Shown: in pieces, positions 34,850 to 47,436 of the stretch
How the letters are laid out: each line of letters opens with the position of its first letter
Position numbering within the stretch: the stretch's first letter is position 1
DNA from: Chiloscyllium plagiosum
Lineage: Eukaryota
Assembly (NCBI RefSeq): GCF_004010195.1
Contig: NC_057728.1
Location: forward strand, 41,830,844-41,894,843
Reading direction: 5' to 3'
DNA: 64,000 bases
Notes under the pieces: generated by a model
Database searches by the model: none
Seen by the model: only the letters and a program-made list of their open reading frames with translations
What the model was told of the DNA's origin: nothing
Translations under genes and position numbers: made by a program

Positions 34850-37800
34850 TTTTTTAAATGTTTCTTTATTTTTGATTGTGGACTGAAATAGGAAAAGCAT
34901 TATGAAAGTAATTGCTTCTCATTTGAAAACACGTTACTGGAACTCCTTGTGAATTGTATTTACATTACTGATTCGTTCAAGCAGCAAAGGAAGAAAGATA
35001 AAATGGCACAGGATTGGGATTCAGTTTCCGAGTGAGATTAAGCTGGCAACAGGTAGCTGATTGGTTTGTGCAATTGCTGCCAGTTGTGGATACCAAAGGT
35101 GATCAGCCTGACAACTCTCTGATTAGTTCCAGAGCAGCTGAACAGCTTTTGAATGTGAATGTTTCGGAGAGAGAAACCTCCGAGCTGCTGGAAGAGCAAG
35201 TTGTGGGTTTACCTCTCTGCAGTAAAGGTACCTTAAGTCTGAAGAATGCCAGTTTCTTTCTCCCCCACCAGGTGCTCTAAGCTACAGTTGTTAACTAGTA
35301 ACTAAAACACTTTGCACTTATTATACCAATTGCCGTATGTTTCCTGCAAAGAAATTTAAAAACCTGGAGAAAGGAGATCGAAAAATGGAACGCTCACTGA
35401 ATCCTGTCGGTTGGTGTTGTTGAACTGTGAGTCCACAGGTTTCTTTCCCCTCCACTTATAATACTACTTTAGTTTGTCTGTGTCTGTCCATGTGTCTATT
35501 TAGAGGTTTTAAAAGGGATTATAGTTTCAACATATGGAGTTACATGCTGATAATTCATAGTTGGTTACCTGCAGTTAGAATTTATTTATTTGTAGTAAGT
35601 AATAGGTTTTTAAGTACAAAAACCTGGTCAGTGTTTTCTGTTACCCTGAATGCATCAGACTGATAAATTTAGGAGTTTGTGTATTTTGATTAAATCTTTA
35701 ACTTCAGTGAATACTCCGGGATTATTGAGACTTGTGTATCAGCACACTTTTCCAAATAGATTGTAAGAAGAATTTGGGAAGTCTTGGACAGGATTACAAA
35801 GAACATAGAAAATCACAGCACAGGAACATGCCCTTCATCCCTCCAAGCCTGCACTGATCCAAATCGTCTATCTAAACCTGTCGCCTATTTTCTAAGGGTC
35901 TGTATCCCTCTGCTTCCTGCCCATTCATGGACCTATTCATAGATACATCTTAAATGACACAATGGTGCTCGCCTGTACCACAACTGCTGGTAACATGTTT
36001 CAGTCACTCTGGGTAAAGAACTTTCCATGCATAACTCCATTAAACTTTTTCCCTCTCACTTCAAACTCATGACTCCACTCCAGGAAAAAGCTTCTTGCTA
36101 TCTACCTTGTTCATAGCTCTCATGATTTTGTAGACCCCATTCAGGTCTTCAGCCTCCATCTATTTAATGAAAATAATCCTCATCTACTCAACCTCTCCTC
36201 ATCGCCAGTGCCCTCCATAGCAGGCAACATCCTGGTGAACCTCCTCTGCACCCTCTCCTAAGCATCCACATCCTTTTGGTAATGTGGCGACCATGTACGC
36301 AGTATTCCAAATGTGGCTGAACCAAAGGATTATTTTGAAACAAAGATGATGAGGAATTAGGTGTGGCTTCAGTAAGTTACTAAAATCAATAAAACACCAG
36401 GCTCTGCATTACAGATGAGAAATGAGACTGGAAATTGCAAAGGGTGTACTGCAAATGGCAGAATTGTCCCTGACAATCAAAACTGAACTTCAAAAAGCCA
36501 GGTTATTTGGATTGGCAAGCAAGTTGGGGTGAAATTGATGGCTTGAGCTTGGAAGGCAGACATAATTAAAGTATTACCACAGCATTTGAGTTTGGCAGAA
36601 AAAAGAAGAAAGATTAAGTGCTGGAGGTGGTGACAAATCAGAATTAGGTCATATTCAGTTATTGTGCTGCAGTTGAAAAAGGAGATGTCAGAAGGTGACA
36701 TCGCTTCTGCTGGAGAAAATCCATCACAAACTAAAGTCCATGAAGGAAGTGTTTAACTTTGTGCAGGCCTTACCAAAGGAAACATCTGTCGTTACATGCT
36801 TTATATCGTTTGAGAAAATAATGAGGTAAATGAGTTAGCCAGAGGAAAGCTGGCATTGCTAATGCAGGTTAAGTTGACAGGTATAGCACGAGAAATTTAT
36901 GCTAGAAATGCTTGTCAATTGTGTTCTCATACTTAGAGGAAAGACAATGAGAGGATCTTCTAAGACCACATAGGAAGTATGAGATACAGCTGGATCTACT
37001 ATGTTAGCTAGGCATTATGTGGTCATGGCAGAGTCAATATTGTTACCCTTATCTGTTAAGCTCAGATAACAAGCTCAGCTGGAAACAGATTCAATACATG
37101 TTGGAAACTCATTTGATTAAACCTAACAAAGGCATATGGAGTTCATGGGCAGGGTTGCTTCCTCAAATGATAGGAGAAATTAAAGTCATAGAATACTATT
37201 ATCCCCACGGTATGGAAAGAGGTCATTATGCTCATTGAGTCTCCACTGACATTCCAAAGAGCATCCCACCCAGATCCAACCTCACTACCCTATCCCCATA
37301 ATTATGAGCTTTTTAGGAATGCTTGGGTCATGGCACAGCTTTATGCATATTTTCAGCACAATAGCTGTACCTTTGACAAATTTGTTAAAAAAACAAGGGA
37401 AAGTGGAATGGTCAGTGGAAAGCCGAGCAACACTTTGAGAAACTGAAGGCAAGCTTGGCTGCCCCTGACTTTTCTAGAACTTTTAGGAAAGCAATTGATT
37501 CTAGTGACTTATGGGTAGGTGCAGTTTTGTTACAGAATGATGAGTTGGGAATAGAATAGAAAGTTTTCAAAGAAACTAGTATCAGAGGAAGTCCTCTATT
37601 ATAAAACAAGAGATTTTGGGAGCATTATTGACTCTTGGAAGACTGTGAAGTGTATTTCTGACCTGGTAACAGAGGAACATTAATGTACACTGACCATAAA
37701 CAGTTAGCATTCATCATAAAATTTTAATACTTGATATATAAGACTATTCAGGTGGAGTTTATTGTTTCAACTATTTAATGTAAATATTATTCACATTGCT

Positions 37801-38005
37801 GGAAGACATAATATGATGGTAGAAGCATTGTCCCAAGTGTAAAATGATAGAATAATTTTAAAGTTTAATAAATGTTGAATGACTGTATCAGGGAGGAAGG
37901 AAGGAAGAATGGATATAAATTGTGTTTTGTTATTTGTGTACCACACATCTTGTGATAAAACACACTTTTTAAATGACCTTTAATCTTTTATAAGGATGGA
38001 GGTAT
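34850..38005 (+). mobile_element. Decayed Ty3/Gypsy element, Gmr1-like (LTR to about 35768, gag, RT start, RNase H, PPT)
   Basis: gag FVQALPK..FISFEKI..LLMQVKLTGIAREIYA (about 36750-36905); QIQYMLETHLIKP..WSS; RNase H APDFSRTF..IDSSDLWVGAVLLQ, YTDHKQL, RLFRWSLL..HIAGRHNMMVEALSQV* (stop 37840-37842); purine tract AAGGATGGAGG near 37992. Confidence 0.8.
35795..36325 (-). mobile_element. CR1-group LINE 3' fragment inserted in the Gypsy element
   Basis: Reverse complement gives LEYCVHG..HYQKDVDA.ERVQRRFTRMLP and a 3' UTR. Confidence 0.85.
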
Positions 38006-38102
38006 GTAAATATCAAATCTTGAGTACAAGCACACATTGCCAAGTGGGTCATAAGCAGACAAAATATTGAATATTTGTGGAGGTCATAAGGAAGGTCTAA
38101 AG

Positions 38103-38750
38103 GGTGGCTACGGCCTAGTAGCATTATTGTCGGACTGTTATTGTCTGGGGACCTGGGTTCAAATCCTACCATGGCAGATGGTGGAATTTGAATTCAATTA
38201 AAAATAAATCTGGAATTATGAGTCTAAGGATGACTGTGAATCTAATGTTGATAGTTGGGTAAAAGCTATACTAGTGCCCTTTAGGAAACTGCCATCCTTT
38301 ACCTGGTCTGGTCTACATGTGACTCCAGAACCCAGAAATATGGTCGACTCTTAATTGATTAGATTAGATTAGATTACATTACAGTGTGGAAACAGGCCCT
38401 TCGGCCCAACAAGTCCACACCGACCCGCCGAAGCGCAACCCACCCATACCCCTATATTTACCCATTACCTAACTCTACGGGCAATTTAACATGGTCAATT
38501 CACCTAACCTCCACATCTTTGGGATTGTGGGAGGAAACCGGAGCACCCGGAGGAAACCCCATGCAGACACGGGGAGAATGTGCAAACTCCACACAGTCAG
38601 TCGCCTGAGGCGGGAATTGAACCCGGGTCTCAGGCGCTGTGAGGCAGCAGTGCTAACCACTGTGCCACTGTGCCGCCCACAATTGCCCTCTGAGCAATAA
38701 ATGCTGGCCTAGCCAGTGACACTCTCATCCTGTGGATGAATTTTAAAAAA
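38103..38750 (+). mobile_element. tRNA-headed bipartite SINE interrupted by a V-SINE
   Basis: B box GGTTCAAATCC at 38156-38166; tail GCAATAAATGCTGGCCTAGCCAG. Confidence 0.8.
38358..38680 (-). mobile_element. Young V-SINE (HE1-like)
   Basis: CpG-rich full copy with (CTAAT)n tail; TSD AATTG at 38353-38357 and 38681-38685. Confidence 0.92.
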
Positions 38751-38773
38751 AGTTAGCAATGCAGCAGCCTGTA

Positions 38774-39211
38774 CAGTACAACCTCCATTATTCATATGAG
38801 ATGGACGGAGAGTATTTTGTTCGGATAACAGATCGTTGGGGTAACTGATCTGAGTGTAAACAAGCAGTAATTTATGAGTGGTGGTTATTGAACATGCCTT
38901 GGTTATCCAGCAATAGATGCCATTATGCCGTTTAACTGATAAATTGCCACTTGTTTACGATCAGATCAGTTGAGTGCCGGTTATCGAACATGCCTTGGTT
39001 ATCTGGCAATAGATGCCATGATGCTGTTTAACTGATAAATTGCCACTTGTTTACGATCAGATCAGTTGAGTGCCGGTTATCCGGCAATGCACGCTATAAC
39101 GCCTTTTAAATGATAACTGAATGCTGAGTTGCCTAATGCCGTTTTTACGAGACCTTGTTTTGATAATCTGAAATTCAGATAATTGATGTTTGGATAATCG
39201 AGGTTGTACTG
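38774..39211. mobile_element. Tc1/mariner (pogo/Tigger-like) MITE with an internal 96-bp tandem repeat
   Basis: TIRs CAGTACAACCTC / GAGGTTGTACTG, TA on both flanks; 38883-38978 repeated at 38979-39074. Confidence 0.9.
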
Positions 39212-40604
39212 TATTTATAAACTAAAAGGTCTCCTGTATGAAATCATGCAACAGGCAATGTTTTCCATAGTATCTCTCGGCTGTTCCTGCTGTACTTAGT
39301 AGCCTCAATATAATGCTTGGAACCTCTATCCTCACACTTTCTTTGGGGCATTCATGACTATGCCTCTTTGAAGGATAATTTTTGACAGTATGCAGTGCAT
39401 GATAGATTGTGCCTCTATAATCTAGCAACCCCAGAATCAGGCATGGACTGCAGGAGTTACATAACAGGGAGATACTTTTAAATGGCACTAGTGACACTTG
39501 TTCCTGTGGCAGATTGAAGCATTTCATGTTATGTGCCTCTCTCTCCCAACCATGAACAATAACATGAATTCATTGAAGGTTCCAACAGGTACAATCTGAG
39601 TTAATTCACATTGGAAAAATAAACACCACTATGAATAGAAGGGCTAAGTACCTCATTTGTACTTTTAATTTCTGTATTCACAGTACATTTCAGGGTAGAC
39701 TGGCAACGTACATTGTGACGTTACAATCGAAACGGCACTTTTACAATGGACCAAGAGTGGAACTGGAACTTACTGGACCTCAGAGATTGTTGGACCAGAG
39801 AATGTAACCTTTATTAGAATCACTAAAACCCTATATCCAGTCTGTGATACAGGGTATTTCCAGATCAAACCTAATAGTTTGAGTACTTCTTTAATACATC
39901 AATGATAGATTCAATGATTTAGCCTAGAACCTAGTCACCTTATGAGATCTCTGTTTAGTGATGTTTTCAGATACAATGTGCCATTGCTTTGAGTTCAACT
40001 TTAATTCTCAAAAGCCACCTAGAGATTTGGTTTTTTAGACAAAGCACTGATAGGCTAGTGGGTTGCCTTACAATGAAGGCAATTAGTGAATTTTCTCTGC
40101 CTTTCTCAGATATGGGCGATGGCGTGAAATGTGGGAACATTTGTTGAGAACAAAAGTTCCAATTTTCACTTTAAGGTTTCAACAGCAAGTTCTGCTCACA
40201 AATGACCAGCAATGACCTTATTTCCATGTATTTGCATCTCATCATTAGCTAGCCTTGCCTCATTTCTATGCAGCTTACAATTCTCCCCTCCTCTCTCAAG
40301 CAACTAGATGGTGACATTTCTTGACTTGAAAGTCAGAGTGGTTACCTGGTGGTTGCGGCTGCTGTTCCAGGCCTCTGTTTTAATGTTTCTCCATGAACAT
40401 GTACTTGAATGCCCCATGGACAGCGTCCTCCTCTATCCTTCGCCCACTGCAATTGGCATCAGCAAAGTACCAGCCTTACCACATTATCACAGCTGATCTC
40501 AGATTAATTCAGAATCCATTGCCCTTCAGGACCTCACCTTGAAGCTCAGGGATATGTTTGATTTGCATCCTACTACCAGGCTGTTTTGTAGGCAGTGATA
40601 TAAT

Positions 40605-40848
40605 GGGAAGGCAATGGCCTAGTGGTATTATTACGAGACTGACAATCCAGAGAACTAGATAATGTTCTGGGGACCTGGGCTTGAATCCCACTACATTCAA
40701 ACAGATGGTGGAATCTGAATTTGATAAAATGCTGGAACTTCAGACCCACAGCAATGTGGTTGACTAGTAACTGCCCTCTGGACAATTAGGGATGGGCAAG
40801 AAAGTGCTGGACTGGCCAGTGACTTCCACATCCCATGAATGAATGAAT
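40605..40848 (+). mobile_element. tRNA-headed bipartite SINE
   Basis: A box TGGCCTAGTGG; junction AACTGCCCTCTG|GACAATTAGGGATGGGCAA; tail CACATCCCATGAATGAATGAA. Confidence 0.85.
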
Positions 40849-41014
40849 TTGAGAAAAGAAACAGCTATCTCATGCACCTACATGCATCTTACTGATCCTC
40901 AGTGCTCACTCAGTGAGAGTCATTGAAGGAAGATGATGCCTGCAATAGTGAGGGTGGTATTCCATGAGCATTGGTTGGATTTGTGTATGATGTTGCAGAG
41001 TAAGATGGTGGAAA

Positions 41015-41230
41015 GTACCCTTGTGTAGTGCAGGAGAGCATTGATCTTTTTCCTCCACTACTGCGACTGTGGAGGTTGCACTGATCGAGGTATATGTGTG
41101 TGTCCAGCCTAGCTTTGCTTGTTGCCTTGGCATCCCCTGGTAGTTTGGCAGATACAGACGGTCCACCCCTTGATCACTCTGTCCACTAGGACCTCCAGGT
41201 CCCTATCCAGAAGGCAGGGAGTCAGTTTCC
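41015..41230 (-). mobile_element. PIF/Harbinger Myb/SANT-like DNA-binding ORF remnant
   Basis: Degenerate DRDLEVLVDRV...LYLP..GW...ISATSTV...WRKKINALL, the pattern of Harbinger Myb/SANT proteins. Confidence 0.5.
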
Positions 41231-42361
41231 CTCTCTGAGACATCTTAATTTCCTAAGAGAACAGTGGGTGAGGTGGTTTCTGACTTGCAGCATCTGAGAC
41301 AGTTATACTTTAAATATTGATGCCAGGAGCTTCTACACTGGTAGATACCGGGAGCAGCAGCAGCAGCAGCAATTCCACCTTTCCTGCTACATGATTGTAC
41401 GAGAAGGCTACCCAGGAGGACTGGGTTGCTAGTCTGATGAAGTATGGAAGAGAGTGTTAAAAAAAGCCAGTGTGATCCCAGAGGGAATGTCTGTCATGAA
41501 TTCTCCCTGAAACCATCACAGTGAAAATGGGCAAGCCCAACCCAATGTGACAGCTGCTGGAAAGCAAGCAGTGACTTGCCAATGGTAACGTATGAACTGA
41601 CCATTTAAAACAATGAATCCCCTTCTATTCATGTAAGGGTTAGCAATGTATAAGGGAGAACGTATGGCCAAACAAATATGATCTGTAATCCCTAGCCCTT
41701 CAGAATTCCTGCCACTCTGTAACATTGCTGAAGAAAACTAGCAAGTCACTGTGCAAAAAGAAGACATTTCTTTCCTGAATGAATAGCTTATCAGTTGTTT
41801 TTCAAAAGAAAGTGTGCATGTTCAGCAGATTTCCAGTAAAGAAGAGACCTTTCAGCCCATCACATCTGCATTGATAAAGACTACTCTAGATCTATACTAA
41901 CCCCACTTTCCAGCACTTGGTCAACAGCCTTGAATGTTATAACATTTCAAGTGTTCATTCAAGTACTTTTTAATGGTGTGTTTTCCTGTCCCAGTTATCC
42001 TTCCAGGGAATGTGTTCCAGCTTATGTCCCTGATATCCCCAGTAGTTGTCTGGGATGATATAGGGCACTTATGCTCTCAACATGTCCTGGCAATAACATG
42101 CCTGACAACAGGTCTGCTTACAATAGGCAAAGCCTCTTTTAAACCGAAGCATCTAAAAGCAATGCCTGAAAACAAATTCATGTGTGCTTCTGTCAAATAT
42201 GGGAGGAATAATAAAGAGGAGTAAAAAGCAATTCCGATGAAGAAACCCATATCATTTTGTTGATATTACATAAATGTAATGCGACATGTTGGGCCCAAAC
42301 ACTCCTGATAAGCTAACTAGCTCATGAAAATGATTATATCTGCAAAGTATACTGCAAGGTA

Positions 42362-42688
42362 TAGAATCACTATAATATGGAAGCAGGCCATTCAGCCCAT
42401 CGAGTCCACACTGACCCTCCAAAGAGCATCTCACCCAGACCCACCCTATCCCTATAACCCTTTATTTTCCACGACTAATCCACCTAGCCTACAAATCCCT
42501 GGACACTATGGGCAATTTAGCATGGCCAATCCAACTAACCTGCACATCTTTGTACTGTGAGAGGAAACCCACGCAGATACAGGGAGGTTGTGGAAACTCC
42601 ACATAGACAGTTGACCAAGGATGGAATCGAACCGGGGTTTCTAGTACTGTGAGACAGCAATGCCAATCACTGAGCCACCGTGTCACCC
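42362..42688 (-). mobile_element. V-SINE (HE1-like)
   Basis: Reversed tRNA head, V-domain and tail. Confidence 0.88.
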
Positions 42689-43510
42689 ATATGGGCAGAT
42701 GTGAATAACCTTTCCTTTCTCGGTGGCTTGGCATACTGGATTGTCTGGTTGGAGTGCACTGAGCGATTCAAGGTAGCAAAAGCACTGGCAGGACTTCTTA
42801 ATTACTATGAATCATCCTGATTTAAAATAAAAGTAATTTAAATGTTTAATTTTAATATATGAAAAGGTCTGAGATTTCTATTAAGAAATCATGGAAAGAA
42901 CTAAACAATATTTTTGAAGAACTTTTGATAAAACTGTCGGGTGTGTTTCAGAGATTGCTTTTCCATCAAGGTGATCTCTAACTGAGTTTATCAGCATAAA
43001 CTATTACAAAGGTTGCTGTTTTGGCATTGATCACTGGCAGCATCTAGACCTTTCAGGGAGAACCATTAAATTACGTCAAGACGAGTTCTTCATGGAAATC
43101 CTCACAACCCCCTTAAATTCCATCATGATTATCCTACCCTCCTAAATGCACATATAAATGATTTCATGCTCTAATGAGCATGTGCAAAGGTGGAGACTTG
43201 TAGAAGTGAAGTTTGAATCTTTCTTTAAATGTCTGCTTCCTCTTGATTGAATTCATTCCCCTGATATATTTTGCAATGAATGAATGTATGTAGAGTATCT
43301 GAGCATGCTCCACTGCTCTGACCCTTGCTTCAGGAGACTCCATGAGATAAAGTACTGAAAATATTTTTTTCAAGATGCAGACCATCAACAATGGAACTAG
43401 ATATACTGAGGTGCTCTTGATATATTCCAGCTGTAAATGAATTGACCTATGGTCAGCCAGTGCAATACACAACACAGTGCCACACACATCAGTCTTATAT
43501 TGCTATTTTT

Positions 43511-43516
43511 TTTATT
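43511..43516 (-). terminator. Candidate MSRB3 polyadenylation signal (AATAAA); a second, proximal one lies at 43993-43998
   Basis: TTTATT on the plus strand about 560 bp past the stop codon; usage unverified. Confidence 0.4.
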
Positions 43517-44076
43517 AAGGCAATAGTATTGAAAACAAGTTCTGAGTAAAAGATAAGGGAAAATATATGTCACTTCACAAAAATAATTTTAATTCTGATG
43601 TTCAACGCATTGACTTATAACATCCTGTAGCTTTCCTGATTTTGTCAGCTTAGGACAGCGTGACCCAAGCTTGAACTTTTCTTTCTCTTGCCACTGCATT
43701 TCATTGTCAAGCATTCCTGGCAGTCTCCAAATTACATGATGAGGAAACTGCTAATACCTTGCTTTTCCTGCCTGCCCTGTGCCATGCTATGCTGCTCTGG
43801 AACAGTACAATGGATTTTCTATGCTATATGGTAGAACTCCCACAGTTTAAAAACCCAACCACATTGACTTACTCCGTTACAATCTACATCCTGCAAGAAG
43901 AAAGTTTACAAGGATAGTCATATTCATTTTAAACAAGTTCTGTGCTTTTGTAGAGAAGATCTTTACTTGTGTGTGTTTAAATAACTTGTTATTTTATTAC
44001 TTTAAATGCAGGAAGATATTTGTCCCTGGAGCTTGGGCTTGTGAAGTAATAACCCCATCCATCAGCCTTCTGTAGC

Positions 44077-44232
44077 CTAGAGTTCAGTCTTGCCAGATGT
44101 GGCAGGATCGGTGCCTTCATCAGTTGAGCTCTGGCCCGTGGGTATAAAGGATAATGAGGCAGAGTTTATACAATACCGTTTACCGGTTGGACGAGGCCCA
44201 TCATCAAAGACATGTCCCAGATGTGCACCACA
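44077..44232 (-). CDS. MSRB3: Methionine-R-sulfoxide reductase B3, last coding exon
   Basis: Acceptor ..tttcag then [35 protein letters not shown]; MsrB catalytic RYCINS with Cys (TGT); KDEL-like C-terminus typical of MSRB3; phase 0 join with the upstream exon. Confidence 0.96.
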   Translation of the reverse strand, partial: CGAHLGHVFDDGPRPTGKRYCINSASLSFIPTGQSSTDEGTDPATSGKTEL

Positions 44233-45583
44233 CTGAAATAAAACAGCAAAAGTAATTGCTTTCTTGTAACAAAAAGGATATTTTAGATTACCATTAAACT
44301 CTGCATTATTCACCACAAGGTAGTAAAGTGAAGATTACATCTAAATATTCCCTCTGATCTAACCTTTTAACCTTTAATAGCAGCTATTTCTCACCCTGGT
44401 TAAAAAGTATTCTTCTAGCAATTTGGTAAGGGATTGCAAATTCTAAAATATACACATTACTTCATTAACTCAGCAATGCACAATTTAATCACTTTGAATG
44501 ATTTCAAGGGAAAAAAAATGACCCATGTGGACATGAATCAACTTTACAGCAAAGATCAGAACAAAATAAGTTGAAACACCAGCATATGTCTGTCAATCTG
44601 TGCTGGAAAGAGTAAAAGTCTCATTTAAAGTTTTCTGGTCTGCCCATTGCTTTTGTACACACATGGAGGCCTGTCAAACCATCACTTGCATACACATTGA
44701 AATCAGACCGTGTGCTTGTGACAGCGATTCAGAGTAGTTAAAAGGGAGGGAACCTTTCTCATGTCCTGTCAGGTTGCTGGACCATCAGCTGATTGCCAGG
44801 GTCAGTCCTCCTCCTGCTACCCAGGAAACACGGATCTCCCTAAGCCCCAATATCCCTTTCCAGTTTTAAGACTCAGGGAATTTAATTGCCAATATTTATG
44901 CAAATTGAAATCTAGAGTTGCAATCCCCAGATAATTTCAGTCAAGTCCATTTATTAGATCCATTTTATATTAATTGGACATGATGAATAAATTACTTCTC
45001 AATTTTGCTGGAATTTATTGGTGAATATAATCTTGTGGTAGAAACCTAAGTAATTTTTAAAAATTGTACTGGAGGTGCAGCATACATTTTCTTAGTTTTA
45101 AATTAAATTTCACGATTCATTTCTCCCCTTCCTCCTGAGAACATTGATCCCTTGCTGGTTTACGTTCCACAATTCTATCGAACTGTTAGTTGCAAAATTT
45201 GATATAAAGAGTTTTGATGACTATTACAACAACATATCTGAACAAATCTGTTCTTGTATGTCTTCTGAGCAGGGATCACTAGATAGCTATCAAAAGTGAG
45301 ATTTACTGTACCCTCTCTATACTAGGGACACAAGGATCAATTCTGATTCTTCTATTAATGCACTCAATTTTGTATAGCTTCACTACTCTATAAAGTTTGA
45401 GTAATCATAGGCGGTTTTCCGAGTCGAAGCTTCTACACTGGAATAATCCTACTTCCGATAAAATGTAATCTGTAAATTGCAGAGTAAAGAACTGGGCTCT
45501 TAAGTAAACCTATAATCACTTAAACTGAAACTGGTATAAAAGCTGAACTGTCCCAGTTGAACAATACTCAGAAAAGGTCATAA

Positions 45584-46187
45584 GTCACATGGCTCCAGGT
45601 TGTAGTCCAATAGGTTTATTTGAAATCACAAGCTTTCAGAGCGCTGTTCCTTCATCACGTGGAGTCAATAGCACTCCAAAAACTTGTGATTTCAAATAAA
45701 CCCGTTGGAGTTTTGAGAAGATTTGTAGCTCAGGTTGAGGTTCTGGATGTAAGTTTGCTCGCTCAGCTGCAAGGTTGTTTTCAGATGTTTCGTCAACATA
45801 CTAGGTAATGTCATAAGTGAGTCTCTGGTGAAGCACTGGTATTACTGATCCACTTTCTATTTGTGTTTATGTTTCCTTGAGTTGGTGGTGTCATTTCCTC
45901 TGGTGATGTCATTTCCTGTTCTTTTTCTCACGCTCTGAGAAAAAAAAACAGGAAATGATGGCACCAACCCAAGGAAACCTAAACACATAAATAGAAAGTG
46001 GGTCAGTAACACGAGTGCTTCACCGGAGGCTCACTGAAGAGGTTACCTAGTATGGTGATGAAACGTCTGAAAATGAACCTTCCAGCTCAGCGAGCTAACT
46101 TACATCCAAAACGCATTGGACTTTAACCTGGTGTTATGTAACTTCTGACCTTGTCCACCCCAATCCAACATTGACACCTCCACATAC
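45584..46187. mobile_element. Two nested Penelope-derived palindromic elements in the last MSRB3 intron
   Basis: Inner inverted arms at about 45741-45930 and 45935-46090; the outer element (45584-45709 plus 46096-46187) belongs to the family of 47437-47630; shared TTGGA at both junctions. Confidence 0.8.
46031..46070 (+). ncRNA. Minimal hammerhead ribozyme core
   Basis: TCA-CTGAAGA-G-GTTACC-TAGTAT-GGTGAT-GAAA-CGTC-TGA with GUC cleavage triplet. Confidence 0.65.
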
Positions 46188-46299
46188 TGAACACTCAGCA
46201 ACTGTGGAAACACGGTACATGACCAGAACTATCCCAGATTAAAAATACTTGGAAACTGAAGAAACATGGTGCATGAGTGGAAGTATGTATTAAACTTAC

Positions 46300-46397
46300 A
46301 TGGCTGCAACTGATCTCAATCCTGTGCATACCATGGGAGAAGTCATCAACCTGTGTTATTGCTTTAGAATCCAACACATCATAGAAAGATGGCCAAC
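46300..46397 (-). CDS. MSRB3: Methionine-R-sulfoxide reductase B3, penultimate coding exon (98 bp)
   Basis: cag|GT TGG CCA.. encodes (G)WPSFYDVLDSKAITQVDDFSHGMHRIEISCSH, then |gtaag donor; GWPSF motif; splices to the next exon to form the Zn-binding CSHC. Confidence 0.96.
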
Positions 46398-46569
46398 CTG
46401 CAGGATAATTAGTTAAACGTTATTAACTGCTGGATCATAAGCACTGCATTCCTGAAAAAGGATCTGTCGTGATAACTTAGTAGTCAAGTATCAATAGTCA
46501 AAATGAATGTTGCTTAAGGTGACATTCCAGAACTGCTTGATAAAAGCATGAAATTTTGCTTTACACGTA

Positions 46570-47170
46570 TATGTATCATATTAGGTAGATTCCACTTTTA
46601 CATTTTGTCTATGTCTCACTCTTCGCTGCCCAATATTCATGTCTCATCTTTTGAGAGATGTACCCTGTTCCCTGCCCAGTATCTCTGCCCCAGACTTGCT
46701 GCAGTACTGCAAAGAAGCTCAGTGCAAGCTGAAATAACAACACTGCATTTTGAGCTTGGGGACCTGCACCCTCTGGACTCAATAGCAAGTTCAATAACTT
46801 TAAAACTTGGACTCTGCTATGTCCTAGCCCCTACCCTCATACATCAGGTCTTATTATCACATAGTCTGCTATTACACACAACTCACTGTTAGCCAATAAC
46901 AGTCCCCATTATTAGCTATTCAACCTCCAAGCAGGATTGGTATCCACTCCTTTGTCTGTCCAACTGTTCTTCTCTCTTTTTGGGCTCGACCCCCACCTAT
47001 CGTTTACTCTTTATCTCCTTCACCCACCCTATCTTCTGCATATAAGTCGACATTTTCCTAGCCACCACCAGTTCTGAGGTAGGGTCACCGGAAATGAAAC
47101 GTTAATTCTGATTTCTCTTCACAGATGCTGCCAGACTTACTGAGCTTTTCCAGCAATTTCTGTTTTTGTT
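46570..47170 (+). mobile_element. Penelope-like element 3' end (GIY-YIG C-terminus plus pLTR with decayed hammerhead)
   Basis: KEAQCKLK.QH..FELGDLHP.GLNSKFNNFK-like coding; CTGAGGTA..GAAACGTTAA..CAGATGCTGCCAGAC. Confidence 0.7.
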
Positions 47171-47175
47171 TCTGA

Positions 47176-47199
47176 TATATATATATATATATATATATA
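47176..47199. repeat. (TA)n microsatellite
   Basis: About 12 perfect dinucleotide units. Confidence 0.95.
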
Positions 47200-47436
47200 G
47201 CATCCACAGTTCTTTCGGTTTTTATTGCACAGTTAAGCAATCTTGTGTTAGTTTCAGATGGTATAGCATCTCGCCTATTAACTGGTTCATCTGAGCATTG
47301 TAGAGGGTAGGCCTTGGAGGTTAAAAAGGCAGCTGAGGTGTTTCTGCTCTCTGACTTTGAACTTTGCATATGTTTCAGGGTCAAAAATTAGTGGCCATCA
47401 ATTAAACTTCTCTCACTTTCACACTTGAATGACTGA

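Noticed and set aside
38883..39095. CRISPR-like repeat array
   Set aside because: A simple tandem duplication inside a MITE; no unique spacers, and the context is eukaryotic
43500..44076. SECIS element in the MSRB 3' UTR
   Set aside because: The active-site codon is TGT and the gene is MSRB3-like, not the selenoprotein MSRB1; no SECIS pattern noticed
44233..44316. N-terminal part of ORF 44077-44316 (MVNNAEF..)
   Set aside because: Intron read-through upstream of the AG acceptor at 44233-44234
46195..46299. C-terminal extension of ORF 46195-46377
   Set aside because: Intron sequence beyond the GTAAG donor at 46299
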